NCBI GenBank assembly: GCA_963717135.1
Contig: CAVQVN010000009.1
Location: forward strand, 318,386 to 382,385
Direction of reading: 5' to 3'
Length of the DNA: 64,000 bases
Origin: an uncultured Actinomycetota bacterium
GTDB lineage: Bacteria; Actinomycetota; Acidimicrobiia; Spongiisociales; UBA4744
Both the position numbers and the translations under genes were made by a program. The notes beneath the pieces are model-generated. The model saw nothing but the letters and a program-made list of their open reading frames with translations. It was not told where the DNA came from and searched no databases. This document shows, piece by piece, positions 48,955-58,417 of this stretch (position 1 is its first letter; each line of letters opens with the position of its first letter).

Positions 48955-51813
48955 TTAGCGCTCGCCTCGTCGAAGGCCAGTAGACCAACCCGAGATGCCC
49001 ACCGTTTCCTCTTCCCTCTTGCCCATGACCAGCAGCAACACCGACCCGAGGACCAGCAGCGCCACTCCGACCCCGCCGAGGTCTCCTTCGCCCAGGCCGG
49101 TGAATGGCAACGTCTCCGGTGGCGGGCTCGTGGTCGTGGTGATCACTTGGGGAAGCACCGCAGGCTTGGTCAATCCGGCGTCCCAGCTCAGATCATTCTG
49201 GCCGGCACTCAAGGTGATCACGCCGCTCCGTCCGGAGACCGGATCCGCATCGCTGTCCGCGGCATCGGGTCCGCCCGGGTGGCCCGACACGAATACGAAG
49301 CCACTCCCGGCCGGGATCACGAACTCAACCAGGTAGGACCCGGCCGGCAGACCTGCAAAGAGGTACTTCCCGTCACTCCCCGTGACCTGCGACGCCAGCT
49401 TCACGGTCCCGGATCCGTCATAGAGGTTCACCATGACTCCGCCAACCCCCACGTCGCCGATGTCCTGGAACCCATTCCCTTCGGTAATCACTCCGTCGTC
49501 CCAGACGAAGTCACCGATGGATCCAAGGGCCTGGACGGTGGTCGTGGTCGTCGTCGATAGCCGGTTGGTGAACGTGCAGGTCACGGTCTCCCCCGCCTGC
49601 AAACTGATCGCCGAAGGCGGCGACTGATCGTCACACACCGCCGACGTCAACGACCACCCGGCCGCCAGCTGCGCCGCCGACAAAGTCTCCGCCACGTCAT
49701 AAGTACCAGCCGCCAACTCCGAGAAAGTCCTCCCCACCACCGAGTTCTCAGCCACCGTCGCCAACTCGAACACCGACGGAGACAAAGACCCCGACGAGAA
49801 CCCAAACGTCCCAATCCCACCAACCGACACCTTCTCCACCACAATCGAAGAGGGCGGTGGCGGCAACGTATTGGTGAACGTGCAGGTCACGGTCTCCCCC
49901 GCCTGCAAACTGATCGCCGAAGGCGGCGACTGATCATCACACACCGCCGACGTCAACGACCACCCGGCCGCCAGCTGCGCCGCCGACAGAGTCTCCGCCA
50001 CGTCATAAGTACCAGCCGCCAACTCCGAGAAAGTCCTCCCCACCACCGAGTTCTCAGCCACCGTCGCCAACTCGAACACCGACGGAGACAAAGACCCCGA
50101 CGAGAACCCAAACGTCCCAATCCCACCAACCGACACCTTCTCCACCACAATCGAAGAGGGCGGTGGCGGCAACGTATTGGTGAACGTGCAGGTCACGGTC
50201 TCCCCCGCCTGCAAACTGATCGCCGAAGGCGGCGACTGATCATCACACACCGCCGACGTCAACGACCACCCGGCCGCCAGCTGCGCCGCCGACAAAGTCT
50301 CCGCCACGTCATAAGTACCAGCCGCCAACTCCGAGAAAGTCCTCCCCACCACCGAGTTCTCAGCCACCGTCGCCAACTCGAACACCGACGGAGACAAAGA
50401 CCCCGACGAGAACCCAAACGTCCCAATCCCACCAACCGACACCTTCTCCACCACAATCGAAGAGGGCGGTGGCGGCAACGTATTGGTGAACGTGCAGGTC
50501 ACGGTCTCCCCCGCCTGCAAACTGATCGCCGAAGGCGGCGACTGATCATCACACACCGCCGACGTCAACGACCACCCGGCCGCCAGCTGCGCCGCCGACA
50601 AAGTCTCCGCCACGTCATAAGTACCAGCCGCCAACTCCGAGAAAGTCCTCCCCACCACCGAGTTCTCAGCCACCGTCGCCAACTCGAACACCGACGGAGA
50701 CAAAGACCCCGACGAGAACCCAAACGTCCCAATCCCACCAACCGACACCTTCTCCACCACAATCGAAGAGGGCGGTGGCGGCAACGTATTGGTGAACGTG
50801 CAGGTCACGGTCTCCCCCGCCTGCAAACTGATCGCCGAAGGCGGCGACTGATCATCACACACCGCCGACGTCAACGACCACCCGGCCGCCAGCTGCGCCG
50901 CCGACAAAGTCTCCGCCACGTCATAAGTACCAGCCGCCAACTCCGAGAAAGTCCTCCCCACCACCGAGTTCTCAGCCACCGTCGCCAACTCGAACACCGA
51001 CGGAGACAAAGACCCCGACGAGAACCCAAACGTCCCAATCCCACCAACCGACACCTTCTCCACCACAATCGAAGAACTGGGTTCCGGACCAATGGCGCCG
51101 ACCTGGATGCTCCGGGTCTGGTCCGCTTGAGAACCGATGCCGATGCCGTCACGGTCGAACCGGTTTTCGAGGTTGCCACCGCTGAATGAAGAGGCACCAC
51201 CCGCCGGCCATTGGCTGTCCCTGGCCAGATGAGCGCCGTAGTAGAGATGGGCAGTCGTCTCGGTGAACGTGACCGTAAGGGTGTAGTACTTATCCTCTCT
51301 GTCTCCGTGGTCAAAGGTCTGGAGGATCACGCTGTTTACGGTGAAGCCCTTGAACAGGAACTGGCCCGACGGCTGTGCGCCTAGTTGGCTTACAACCTCC
51401 GGGTCGGCCGGGATGGCGATGCTCGAGAGACCTCCCACCAGGGTGGCGGTCTCCGTCTCGTTGACGTCATCGAGGTGATCGTGGCCGGTGTTGCTGGAGG
51501 CATCCTGCCATTCGTAACTGAACGAGAAGGTCGCCGAGCTACCGACCGTGGCGTTCGACCACTCGATCCAATGCGGGATCACATCGCCTTCCACGTATGT
51601 GGAGTTTTGAGCGTTGATCGCTCCCGTTGCCCAGTTGCCGTTGTCGTTCAACCAATGCCGGAAAGTCTCCTGCTGTGCCGCCGCCGACAGTGGTACCTGT
51701 GGCAGGAACGCAATCACGAGCGAAAACACAAAAACCAACGTTGAGAGCCCTCCGGCAAGTCGATAGAGCCTGCCGTAGTGCTTCTCTCGCCGATGCCTTC
51801 CGTGCCTAGCCAT
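48955..51813 (-). CDS. Sortase-anchored surface adhesin: signal peptide, unique N-terminal domain, five CnaB/prealbumin-like repeats, SdrD-B-like domain, LPFTG anchor
   Basis: RBS GGGAGG before ATG 51813; repeats IVVEKV..GTYDVAET..C..CTFTN; GSIGDFVWDD..DSD..WDAGL; LPFTG then TM helix and basic tail. Confidence 0.9.
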   Translation of the reverse strand: MARHGRHRREKHYGRLYRLAGGLSTLVFVFSLVIAFLPQVPLSAAAQQETFRHWLNDNGNWATGAINAQNSTYVEGDVIPHWIEWSNATVGSSATFSFSYEWQDASSNTGHDHLDDVNETETATLVGGLSSIAIPADPEVVSQLGAQPSGQFLFKGFTVNSVILQTFDHGDREDKYYTLTVTFTETTAHLYYGAHLARDSQWPAGGASSFSGGNLENRFDRDGIGIGSQADQTRSIQVGAIGPEPSSSIVVEKVSVGGIGTFGFSSGSLSPSVFELATVAENSVVGRTFSELAAGTYDVAETLSAAQLAAGWSLTSAVCDDQSPPSAISLQAGETVTCTFTNTLPPPPSSIVVEKVSVGGIGTFGFSSGSLSPSVFELATVAENSVVGRTFSELAAGTYDVAETLSAAQLAAGWSLTSAVCDDQSPPSAISLQAGETVTCTFTNTLPPPPSSIVVEKVSVGGIGTFGFSSGSLSPSVFELATVAENSVVGRTFSELAAGTYDVAETLSAAQLAAGWSLTSAVCDDQSPPSAISLQAGETVTCTFTNTLPPPPSSIVVEKVSVGGIGTFGFSSGSLSPSVFELATVAENSVVGRTFSELAAGTYDVAETLSAAQLAAGWSLTSAVCDDQSPPSAISLQAGETVTCTFTNTLPPPPSSIVVEKVSVGGIGTFGFSSGSLSPSVFELATVAENSVVGRTFSELAAGTYDVAETLSAAQLAAGWSLTSAVCDDQSPPSAISLQAGETVTCTFTNRLSTTTTTTVQALGSIGDFVWDDGVITEGNGFQDIGDVGVGGVMVNLYDGSGTVKLASQVTGSDGKYLFAGLPAGSYLVEFVIPAGSGFVFVSGHPGGPDAADSDADPVSGRSGVITLSAGQNDLSWDAGLTKPAVLPQVITTTTSPPPETLPFTGLGEGDLGGVGVALLVLGSVLLLVMGKREEETVGISGWSTGLRRGER
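49565..51075. repeat. Five tandem 306-bp near-identical intragenic repeats
   Basis: Units start at 49565, 49871, 50177, 50483 and 50789. I spotted only two isolated differences (GATCGTCAC vs GATCATCAC; GACAGAGTC vs GACAAAGTC). Confidence 0.97.
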
Positions 51814-51873
51814 TGTGTGCCTCCCGACCTCATCGCTTCGAACCCATTCAAAGGGCAACCCTCTTTCAAGGGT

Positions 51874-51946
51874 CAGGTCGGTCTCACCATTGGCTCGCTT
51901 CGATCCACGGTGACCGTGCTCGGATCGAAGGTCTGCACCTCCCAAT
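51874..51946 (-). ncRNA. c-di-GMP-II-like riboswitch (variant)
   Basis: Minus strand GGGAGGTGCAGAC-CTTCGATCC-gagcac-GGTCACC-gt-GGATCGAAG-C-GAGCCAAT-GGTGAGACC-GACC: 9-bp stem, kink-turn-like AGA/GAG, loop-to-3' pseudoknot and the family-typical 3' end. Confidence 0.78.
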
Positions 51947-52282
51947 GCCCGTCTCCGTGGTTGCGCCCCCAAGGCTTAGACAACCACTCTCAGTGTTTAG
52001 TTTGCCACGGATTGCACCAGAGAGTAAGGGGACCCACCGGGTCAATTCACAGTTGCAGACAAGAACTAGTCACCGACACCATCAAGAAGACTCGCGCAAG
52101 CCGTTGCACACCACCCTTTCCATCGCAGGCAATCTTGCGCGTCCCGGCCGGCCTGACCACTCCGACCAGGTTGTGGTGTCTTGTGGCGGCTCGTGCCGGG
52201 TTCCCTGGGACGCGGGTGAGCACAGCTTGGTTGGTAGTCGTGTGCGAGGCACAATGGTGGTTTCCGATGGGCGGAGGATGAG

Positions 52283-53872
52283 GTGCGAGCATCGGTGGTG
52301 GTCGCCGAGACGATCTCGGAGGCGGGGATCAAGGCGCTGGAGGAGTGTTGCGAGGTTGTCGTCGCGGTCGGTGTTCCCGTGGAAGCGCTGCATCGTCATC
52401 TTGTTCACGCTCAGGCGCTGATCGTCCGTTCGGCGACCTCGGTCGATCGGCGATTGATCGAGGCTGCCCCGGAGCTGAAAGTGATCGGTCGGGCCGGGAT
52501 CGGGGTCGACAACATCGACATCGAGGCGGCTACCGAGGCGGGGATTCTGGTCGTCAACGCACCGCAGGCCAATGTGATCTCGGCGGCCGAGCACACGATG
52601 GCCCTGTTGCTGGGCCAGGCCCGCAACCTTCCCGGGGCCGACGCGTCGTTGCGATCTGGTGTGTGGGATCGCAAGAGTTTCCAGGGCGTGGAACTGCACG
52701 GCAAGACACTGGGGTTGGTCGGGTTGGGGAGGGTCGGCTCGCTGGTCGCGCAGCGCGCCGTCTCCTTCGGGATGCGGCTGATTGCCCATGATCCGTATGT
52801 GGGTGTGGAGCGGGCTCGCCGGCTCCAGGTGGAGCTGGCCGAAGATCTGGATCGCCTTTACGCGGAGGCGGATTTCATCAGTTTTCATCTGCCGCTGACC
52901 CGGGAAACGGAGGGGATGGTCGATGCCGACAGCTTGGCCAGAATGCGGACGGGGGTGCGCATCGTCAACACCTCGCGGGGCGGGATCATCAACGAAGACG
53001 CCCTCGCTGAGGCGATCCGGGCGGGCCAAGTCGCAGGAGCCGCGCTCGACGTGTTCGCCCACGAGCCACTCCAGGAAAGCCCGCTGTTCAGTCTTCCCCA
53101 AGTTGTGCTTACGCCCCATCTGGGCGCTTCGACCAGGGAAGCGCAGGACAAGGCGGGAACCGACGTGGCGGCGGCGGTGGCGGCGGCGTTGCGGGGCGAG
53201 TTGGTGATGTCTGCGGTCAACGTCGATATCGGCACGGACGTTGCCGACGAGGTCCGTAGTTTCCTCCCGCTGGCCGAGCACCTCGGACATGTCTTTGTGA
53301 CGCTCGCCCGTGGCTTGCCCGACCATCTAACCATCCGGGTGGAGGGCCGACTGGCCGAGTACCCGGTTCGGCCCCTGCGGCTGGCGGCGTTGAAGGGTGC
53401 CCTCTCTGGGGTCAGCAGTCATCGGGTTTCCTATGTGAACGCAACCTCGATGGCCGAACGGCGCGGCATCCAGCTGACCGATGAAGCCTCTACGGAGGCG
53501 AGCGGATACGTGTCGCTGGTGCGATTGACCGGCGTGGTTGGCGGCCGAGAGATCTCGCTGGCCGGCACTATCGGTCGCAAAGCGCCGATGCTGGCAGAGG
53601 TGCTGGGGTTCGAGGTGGAACTACCACTCTCCCAGCACATGCTGATCGTCCGCAACGCCGATGAGCCCGGCATGATCGGCCGGGTCGCCACGTTCTTGGG
53701 AAACGAGAGAATCAATATCGCCAACATGGTGGTCGGCAGATCTCCGATCACCGGTGAGGCCCAGATGATGGGCCTCGACGTCGACCAGCCCCTCGACCCA
53801 CAAGTTGTGGAAGGGATCCGGAAACTCCCGGGCGTCGAAGACGCCCAGTTCGTTCAACTCCCCCTCATCTGA
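52283..53872 (+). CDS. serA: D-3-phosphoglycerate dehydrogenase
   Basis: IVRSAT, GRAGIGVDNID, GLGRVG, NTSRGG, TPHLGAST, C-terminal ACT domain DEPGMIG. Confidence 0.95.
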   Translation: MRASVVVAETISEAGIKALEECCEVVVAVGVPVEALHRHLVHAQALIVRSATSVDRRLIEAAPELKVIGRAGIGVDNIDIEAATEAGILVVNAPQANVISAAEHTMALLLGQARNLPGADASLRSGVWDRKSFQGVELHGKTLGLVGLGRVGSLVAQRAVSFGMRLIAHDPYVGVERARRLQVELAEDLDRLYAEADFISFHLPLTRETEGMVDADSLARMRTGVRIVNTSRGGIINEDALAEAIRAGQVAGAALDVFAHEPLQESPLFSLPQVVLTPHLGASTREAQDKAGTDVAAAVAAALRGELVMSAVNVDIGTDVADEVRSFLPLAEHLGHVFVTLARGLPDHLTIRVEGRLAEYPVRPLRLAALKGALSGVSSHRVSYVNATSMAERRGIQLTDEASTEASGYVSLVRLTGVVGGREISLAGTIGRKAPMLAEVLGFEVELPLSQHMLIVRNADEPGMIGRVATFLGNERINIANMVVGRSPITGEAQMMGLDVDQPLDPQVVEGIRKLPGVEDAQFVQLPLI

Positions 53873-54005
53873 CCGCCCCCAGCTCCGGCCTTGGCGGATC
53901 CCGGGTGAAGCTGGAAAAGGGTCCCCCCGAAATCGGCTCGGTCCTGGGTGTTGGGAAGCCGGCAGATTTCCGGCTGAAGATCGCGCAAAGCGATATCGTT
54001 CGATC

Positions 54006-54359
54006 ATGGACCTTGTCTATCCAGGATTCGGTGCCATCGTGGTGCACGGTGAACGGTTCGAGCACGACGTGGTGGTCGAGGCCGGTCGGGTACGGCCCCG
54101 CCAGAAGAGACCTTCCAAGGTTCATCGCCACCGGTACGGGCACACGCCGCTGTCGCTCGATGAGGACATCCCCTGGTCCAGCCCCCGGCTGGTGGTGGGA
54201 ACGGGCGCCAGTGGACAACTGCCGATCATGCCCGAGGTGTGGGAAGAGGCCCGGGCCCGGGGAATCGAGCTGATCGCCGCACCGACCGTCGAGGCCTGCC
54301 GGTTGCTGGGCCCGATCGACCGACAGGACGTCTACGCCATCCTGCACGTTACCTGCTGA
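54006..54359 (+). CDS. Mth938-like domain protein
   Basis: FGAIVVHGERFEHDVV, LVVGTGASG, PTVEAC, LHVTC. Confidence 0.85.
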   Translation: MDLVYPGFGAIVVHGERFEHDVVVEAGRVRPRQKRPSKVHRHRYGHTPLSLDEDIPWSSPRLVVGTGASGQLPIMPEVWEEARARGIELIAAPTVEACRLLGPIDRQDVYAILHVTC

Positions 54360-54444
54360 CGGCCCACTCACCGGGGCCGGGCCGAAACTGCCCGACATAC
54401 GCCGGTAAGCTCCACCCGACCAACCTACCACGAGAAATACCGTC

Positions 54445-56007
54445 ATGATCTTCAACAGTCCCCTACCGGACGTAGATCTCTCACCCGTCGCCGTCACCCC
54501 AGCCGTGTTCCGTCATGCCGCCGCCTTGGCCGACAAGACTGCCGTGATCGACGGACCCACCGGACGCTCCTACACCTACGCTCAGCTCCACGATCTGACC
54601 CGGCGGGTCGCCGGCGGGTTGGCGGCCCACGGGTTCGCCAAGGGCGACGTGCTGGCCATCATGGCCCCCAACCTCCCCGAATACGGCATCGCCTTCCACG
54701 CCGCCGCCCTGCTGGGCGGGATCTCGACGACCATCAACCCGACCTACACCGCCGAGGAGGTCGAGTACCAGCTCAACGACGCCGGCGCCACCCTGATGGT
54801 CACCATTTCGATGTTCTTGGACAACGCCCGGCAAGCGGCGGCTCGCAGCCCGATCGAGGAGATCTTCACCTTCGACCTTAACGACGACGCCACGCCGTTC
54901 TCGTCGCTGCTCGCCACCGACCCGGTCGACGGCCAAACCCCGGTCGACCCCCTGGAGGATGTCGTGACGCTGCCCTACTCGTCCGGTACCACCGGCCTCC
55001 CCAAAGGGGTGATGCTCACCCACCACAACCTGGCCGCCAACCTGGCTCAATCCGAACACGCCCTGGTGATGGAAGACGACGAGGTGGTCGTGGCGGTTCT
55101 CCCCTTCTTCCATATCTACGGAATGCAAGTGCTGATGAACGGGGTTCTCTACTACGGCGGCACCACCGTCACCCTCCCCCGCTTCGACCTCGAACAATTC
55201 CTGCGGGTCATCCAGGACCAGAAAGTGACCCAGGCATATGTGGTTCCCCCGATCGTGCTCGCCCTCGCCAAACATCCGCTCGTCGACGCCTTCGACCTGT
55301 CCTCGCTGCGCCGGGTGATCTCCGGTGCCGCCCCCCTGACGGCCGAACTGGCCGCCGAGGCGGCCGAACGGATCGGGTGCGAGGTGGCTCAGGGGTATGG
55401 GCTCACCGAGACGAGCCCGGTTACCCACGCCACACCACCCGGACGGCACAAGGCCGGCTCGATCGGTGTGGCGATCTCCAATACCGAGGTGCGGATCGTC
55501 GACCCGGCCACCGGGAAAGACCTCGGCCGCAACGAGGACGGCGAGCTATGGATCCGCGGCCCGCAGGTGATGAAGGGTTACCTCAACAAACCAGAAGCCA
55601 CCGCCGTCACCATCGATGAGGAGGGATGGCTGCACAGCGGCGACATCGGGCACGTCGACGACGACGACCACTCCTTCATCGTCGACCGGCTCAAGGAACT
55701 CATCAAGTACAAAGGGTTCCAGGTGGCACCCGCTGAGCTGGAAGGTCTGCTGCTCACGCATCCGGACGTGGCCGACGCAGCCGTGATACCAGTTCCCGAC
55801 CTCGAAGCCGGCGAGCTGCCGAAAGGTTTTGTCGTGCTCAAACCCGGCCACTCCGTTTCGCCGGAAGCGCTGATGGGGTACGTGGCCGGCCACGTCGCCC
55901 ACTACAAACAGATTCGCCTGCTCGAACTGGTCGACGAGATCCCCAAGTCGGCGTCGGGCAAGATCCTCCGCCGGGTGTTGCGGGACCGGGAGCGTAATCG
56001 GGGCTGA
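54445..56007 (+). CDS. 4-coumarate-CoA ligase-like AMP-binding enzyme
   Basis: YSSGTTGLPKGVMLTH, LPFFHIYG, QGYGLTE, GELWIRGPQVMKGY, DRLKELIKYKG, PKSASGKILRR. Confidence 0.93.
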   Translation: MIFNSPLPDVDLSPVAVTPAVFRHAAALADKTAVIDGPTGRSYTYAQLHDLTRRVAGGLAAHGFAKGDVLAIMAPNLPEYGIAFHAAALLGGISTTINPTYTAEEVEYQLNDAGATLMVTISMFLDNARQAAARSPIEEIFTFDLNDDATPFSSLLATDPVDGQTPVDPLEDVVTLPYSSGTTGLPKGVMLTHHNLAANLAQSEHALVMEDDEVVVAVLPFFHIYGMQVLMNGVLYYGGTTVTLPRFDLEQFLRVIQDQKVTQAYVVPPIVLALAKHPLVDAFDLSSLRRVISGAAPLTAELAAEAAERIGCEVAQGYGLTETSPVTHATPPGRHKAGSIGVAISNTEVRIVDPATGKDLGRNEDGELWIRGPQVMKGYLNKPEATAVTIDEEGWLHSGDIGHVDDDDHSFIVDRLKELIKYKGFQVAPAELEGLLLTHPDVADAAVIPVPDLEAGELPKGFVVLKPGHSVSPEALMGYVAGHVAHYKQIRLLELVDEIPKSASGKILRRVLRDRERNRG

Positions 56008-56157
56008 GCGCCTCCGGGTCTCCGCTCAGAGTATCGGGTCACCACATCCCGCGGGGTGACGGCTCCCGAGCGTGGAGCCGGCGGAGAACCGGTGATCTCC
56101 CACCCGGACCATGTGTTTCAGGAGGCCACGGTGGGTCGACGTGATCACCGGCTTCGG

Positions 56158-56445
56158 TCAGCCCAAGAAATACATGCCCACCAGGTCGGCGGGGAAATCC
56201 TCATCAATCCCCGGGGTCTCTGGGGCCGTGGCCGGGGTCTCTCCGATGGAGAAGAGCACGAGTTGGTCGGCCGTCTCGGGTTCGGGCCCGACACCGGACC
56301 GGTCCCCGAAGGCCAACTCCTCTGGAGGCTGTCTATCGACATAGGCGTGGAGCACGACCGTCTCTCGTACCGCGCGGAGCTGTCCGTATCGTCTCCTTTC
56401 ACCGTACGCCGCCCCACCGGGTAGACGCCGGGAATACGTCGCCAT
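56158..56445 (-). CDS. Possible hypothetical protein
   Basis: Fills a gap downstream of the channel gene; no recognisable motif; start uncertain. Confidence 0.35.
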   Translation of the reverse strand: MATYSRRLPGGAAYGERRRYGQLRAVRETVVLHAYVDRQPPEELAFGDRSGVGPEPETADQLVLFSIGETPATAPETPGIDEDFPADLVGMYFLG

Positions 56446-56590
56446 GGCGAGAATGTTTTCGCGATCCTCTACCCAGCGTGGCAATTCGACGGCAACGCCT
56501 TCTGAGAGTGGAATTACCCGGTCGGTCAGGGCATGTGTAGACCGCGTGGGCAGCCTTTCCGATGATGGCGCCGGAGGTCGAACGTGGCTC

Positions 56591-57967
56591 TCATGCTTGT
56601 GGATTCGATTCGGAACGGCGGCGGTCGGCAACCCTGCGGACCTCGGCGGCGAACTCAGGGAAGTCGGCGAGCACCTGGTCGAATTCATCGCGACCGAACG
56701 CGTATAGGTTGCAGTAGTCGAGGGCCCGGACCGTGTTCGAGCGGGGTTCGCTGCTCAGCAGCGCCATCTCACCGAAGAAGTCCCCGTCGCTCAGGGTGGC
56801 GACCACTGTGTTCTCATCCGTGGCCAGCACTTCGACCCGGCCCTTGTTGATGAAGTAGATCCGGTGGCCGATTTCACCGCGGCGCACGATGGTCTCGCCC
56901 GGTATGCACACCGTGGGCTCGAGGTGAAGCACCAGCTCGCGCAGAAACGTCTCGCTGGCTCGCTCAAAGAGCGGCACCTTACGGAGGATATTCCGGTTCA
57001 GGTGGAGGGCGATCTCGATGCGCAGTGAAGAGGGCAGGTCGTCCAGCATCTCGGTCTGCCGGCCCATCCGGCTCTCCCACAGGTAGTTGTAATAGTCACG
57101 GACGCGGCCCTGCAGTTCCCGGGGTACCCGCCGGTCCCGCATGAAGTGGTTGATGGTCTCCATCCGGCCCAGATGCCGGGCCCTCGTCACGTCGAGGTTG
57201 GCCAGCAAGCTGGCGACGTTGCCGATGATGTAGCCGTACATGGCAACGCCCAGCCCCATGACGACCATGGCGTAGCCGACCTGCAGTGCGCCGATTGGGG
57301 CGATGTCGCCGTATCCGACTGTGGTCAGGGTGGTGATCGACCAGTAGAGCGCCTGCTGGTAGGGGTGGAGTTCGGGATGTCCGGCTTGGGTACCGTCGAG
57401 GGCGATCCAACCGCAGGCGATCCAATGCGACACCATCACGGTCCAAAACGCAAAGAACGCCAGGCGCACGAGGGCGGGATTGAACGACGTCCGCACGCGC
57501 CACTCGCGCTGCACCACGAGAATCCGCGCCACTCGAAGCACTCGGAGCAGAAGAAGGAGCCTCACCGTCGGGGCCGCCGACGTCCCGGCGATGCCCGGTG
57601 CCGCGGCGATGACGTCGAAGGGGAGGGCGGCCAGCAGATCGACCACGAACCAGGTGCGCAGGTAGTGGCGGCGGATCACAAGGTGGTCGACCACCGGCCG
57701 ACCACCAATGACTATGGGTCGCGAAAACCGCATCAGGATGTCGGCGGCGAACACGAGCGAGATCACCGCTGAGATGACTAGCAGTGGTGCGGCCGGAGGA
57801 CCGAGTACTACCTCGGCCGGTATGACGAAGGCGACCCACATGGTCGCCAACAGCACGGCAACATCCCAGACTCCGACGCCGAACTCGTCACGGCGGGCCG
57901 TCCCAACCAGCGGCGGCGCAGGAGCCGCCCGGGTGCTTCCTTCGTCGGGATTCGTTTCTTGCTTCAT
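56591..57967 (-). CDS. Cyclic-nucleotide-gated potassium channel
   Basis: S4 RLLLLLRVLRVAR, pore TLTTVGYGD, C-linker, cNMP domain GDFFGEMALLSSEPRSNTV. Confidence 0.93.
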   Translation of the reverse strand: MKQETNPDEGSTRAAPAPPLVGTARRDEFGVGVWDVAVLLATMWVAFVIPAEVVLGPPAAPLLVISAVISLVFAADILMRFSRPIVIGGRPVVDHLVIRRHYLRTWFVVDLLAALPFDVIAAAPGIAGTSAAPTVRLLLLLRVLRVARILVVQREWRVRTSFNPALVRLAFFAFWTVMVSHWIACGWIALDGTQAGHPELHPYQQALYWSITTLTTVGYGDIAPIGALQVGYAMVVMGLGVAMYGYIIGNVASLLANLDVTRARHLGRMETINHFMRDRRVPRELQGRVRDYYNYLWESRMGRQTEMLDDLPSSLRIEIALHLNRNILRKVPLFERASETFLRELVLHLEPTVCIPGETIVRRGEIGHRIYFINKGRVEVLATDENTVVATLSDGDFFGEMALLSSEPRSNTVRALDYCNLYAFGRDEFDQVLADFPEFAAEVRRVADRRRSESNPQA

Positions 57968-58142
57968 CGTTCCCCTGCCGGATCTCGACGCATGCTATCG
58001 AGTGTTCCGCACCGGCCGTCGAGCGGTCCTGGCGCTCCGTGCGCAGCTCCAGATTGACCGGCTGGTCTGCCTCCACCGGGCAACGCAAACACGCCGGGCC
58101 CGGCCGAGGGGTAGCCTGCCGACCAGGCAACCAGGAGGACCG

Positions 58143-58388
58143 GTGACCACAGATCCAATTCGAGGAGTGCTCGACAACCGACCCGGATGGGACTTCTCCG
58201 ACCTGCCGGCCCTGTTGCTCGACTGCTCTCTCAGAAAGCCCCCCAAGCAGATAGACACCCCGGGTCGCGTGAACATCACGCTCTTGGGAATTGGGACCCG
58301 GCGGGTTGCCGTCGAGACAATTCGTGCCATCGAAGGCGAGGTAGCCACGAGTGGAGGGTCGGACCCGGCCCCCGACGCCACTCAGTAA
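58143..58388 (+). pseudogene. Degenerate N-terminal fragment of a flavodoxin-like/NAD(P)H-dependent FMN reductase
   Basis: RBS AGGAGGA; WDFSDLPALLLDCSLRKPP..VETIRAIEGEVAT resembles the start of actinobacterial flavodoxin-family proteins but stops after 81 aa. Confidence 0.5.
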
Positions 58389-58417
58389 ATTGGGAAAACC
58401 GACATGGAAACCACCTC

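Noticed and set aside
49565-51075. CRISPR array or diversity-generating retroelement
   Set aside because: Repeats are contiguous, in-frame 306-bp coding units with no spacers, no adenine-specific variation, and no cas or reverse transcriptase gene. The repeated 65-aa ORFs are alternate frames.
51950-52010. c-di-GMP-I riboswitch suggested by GGCAAAC and GGGGCGCAA words
   Set aside because: The GAAA tetraloop stem and the downstream receptor stem are missing and the spacing does not fit.
52082-53326. 414-aa minus-strand ORF
   Set aside because: Antisense shadow of serA.
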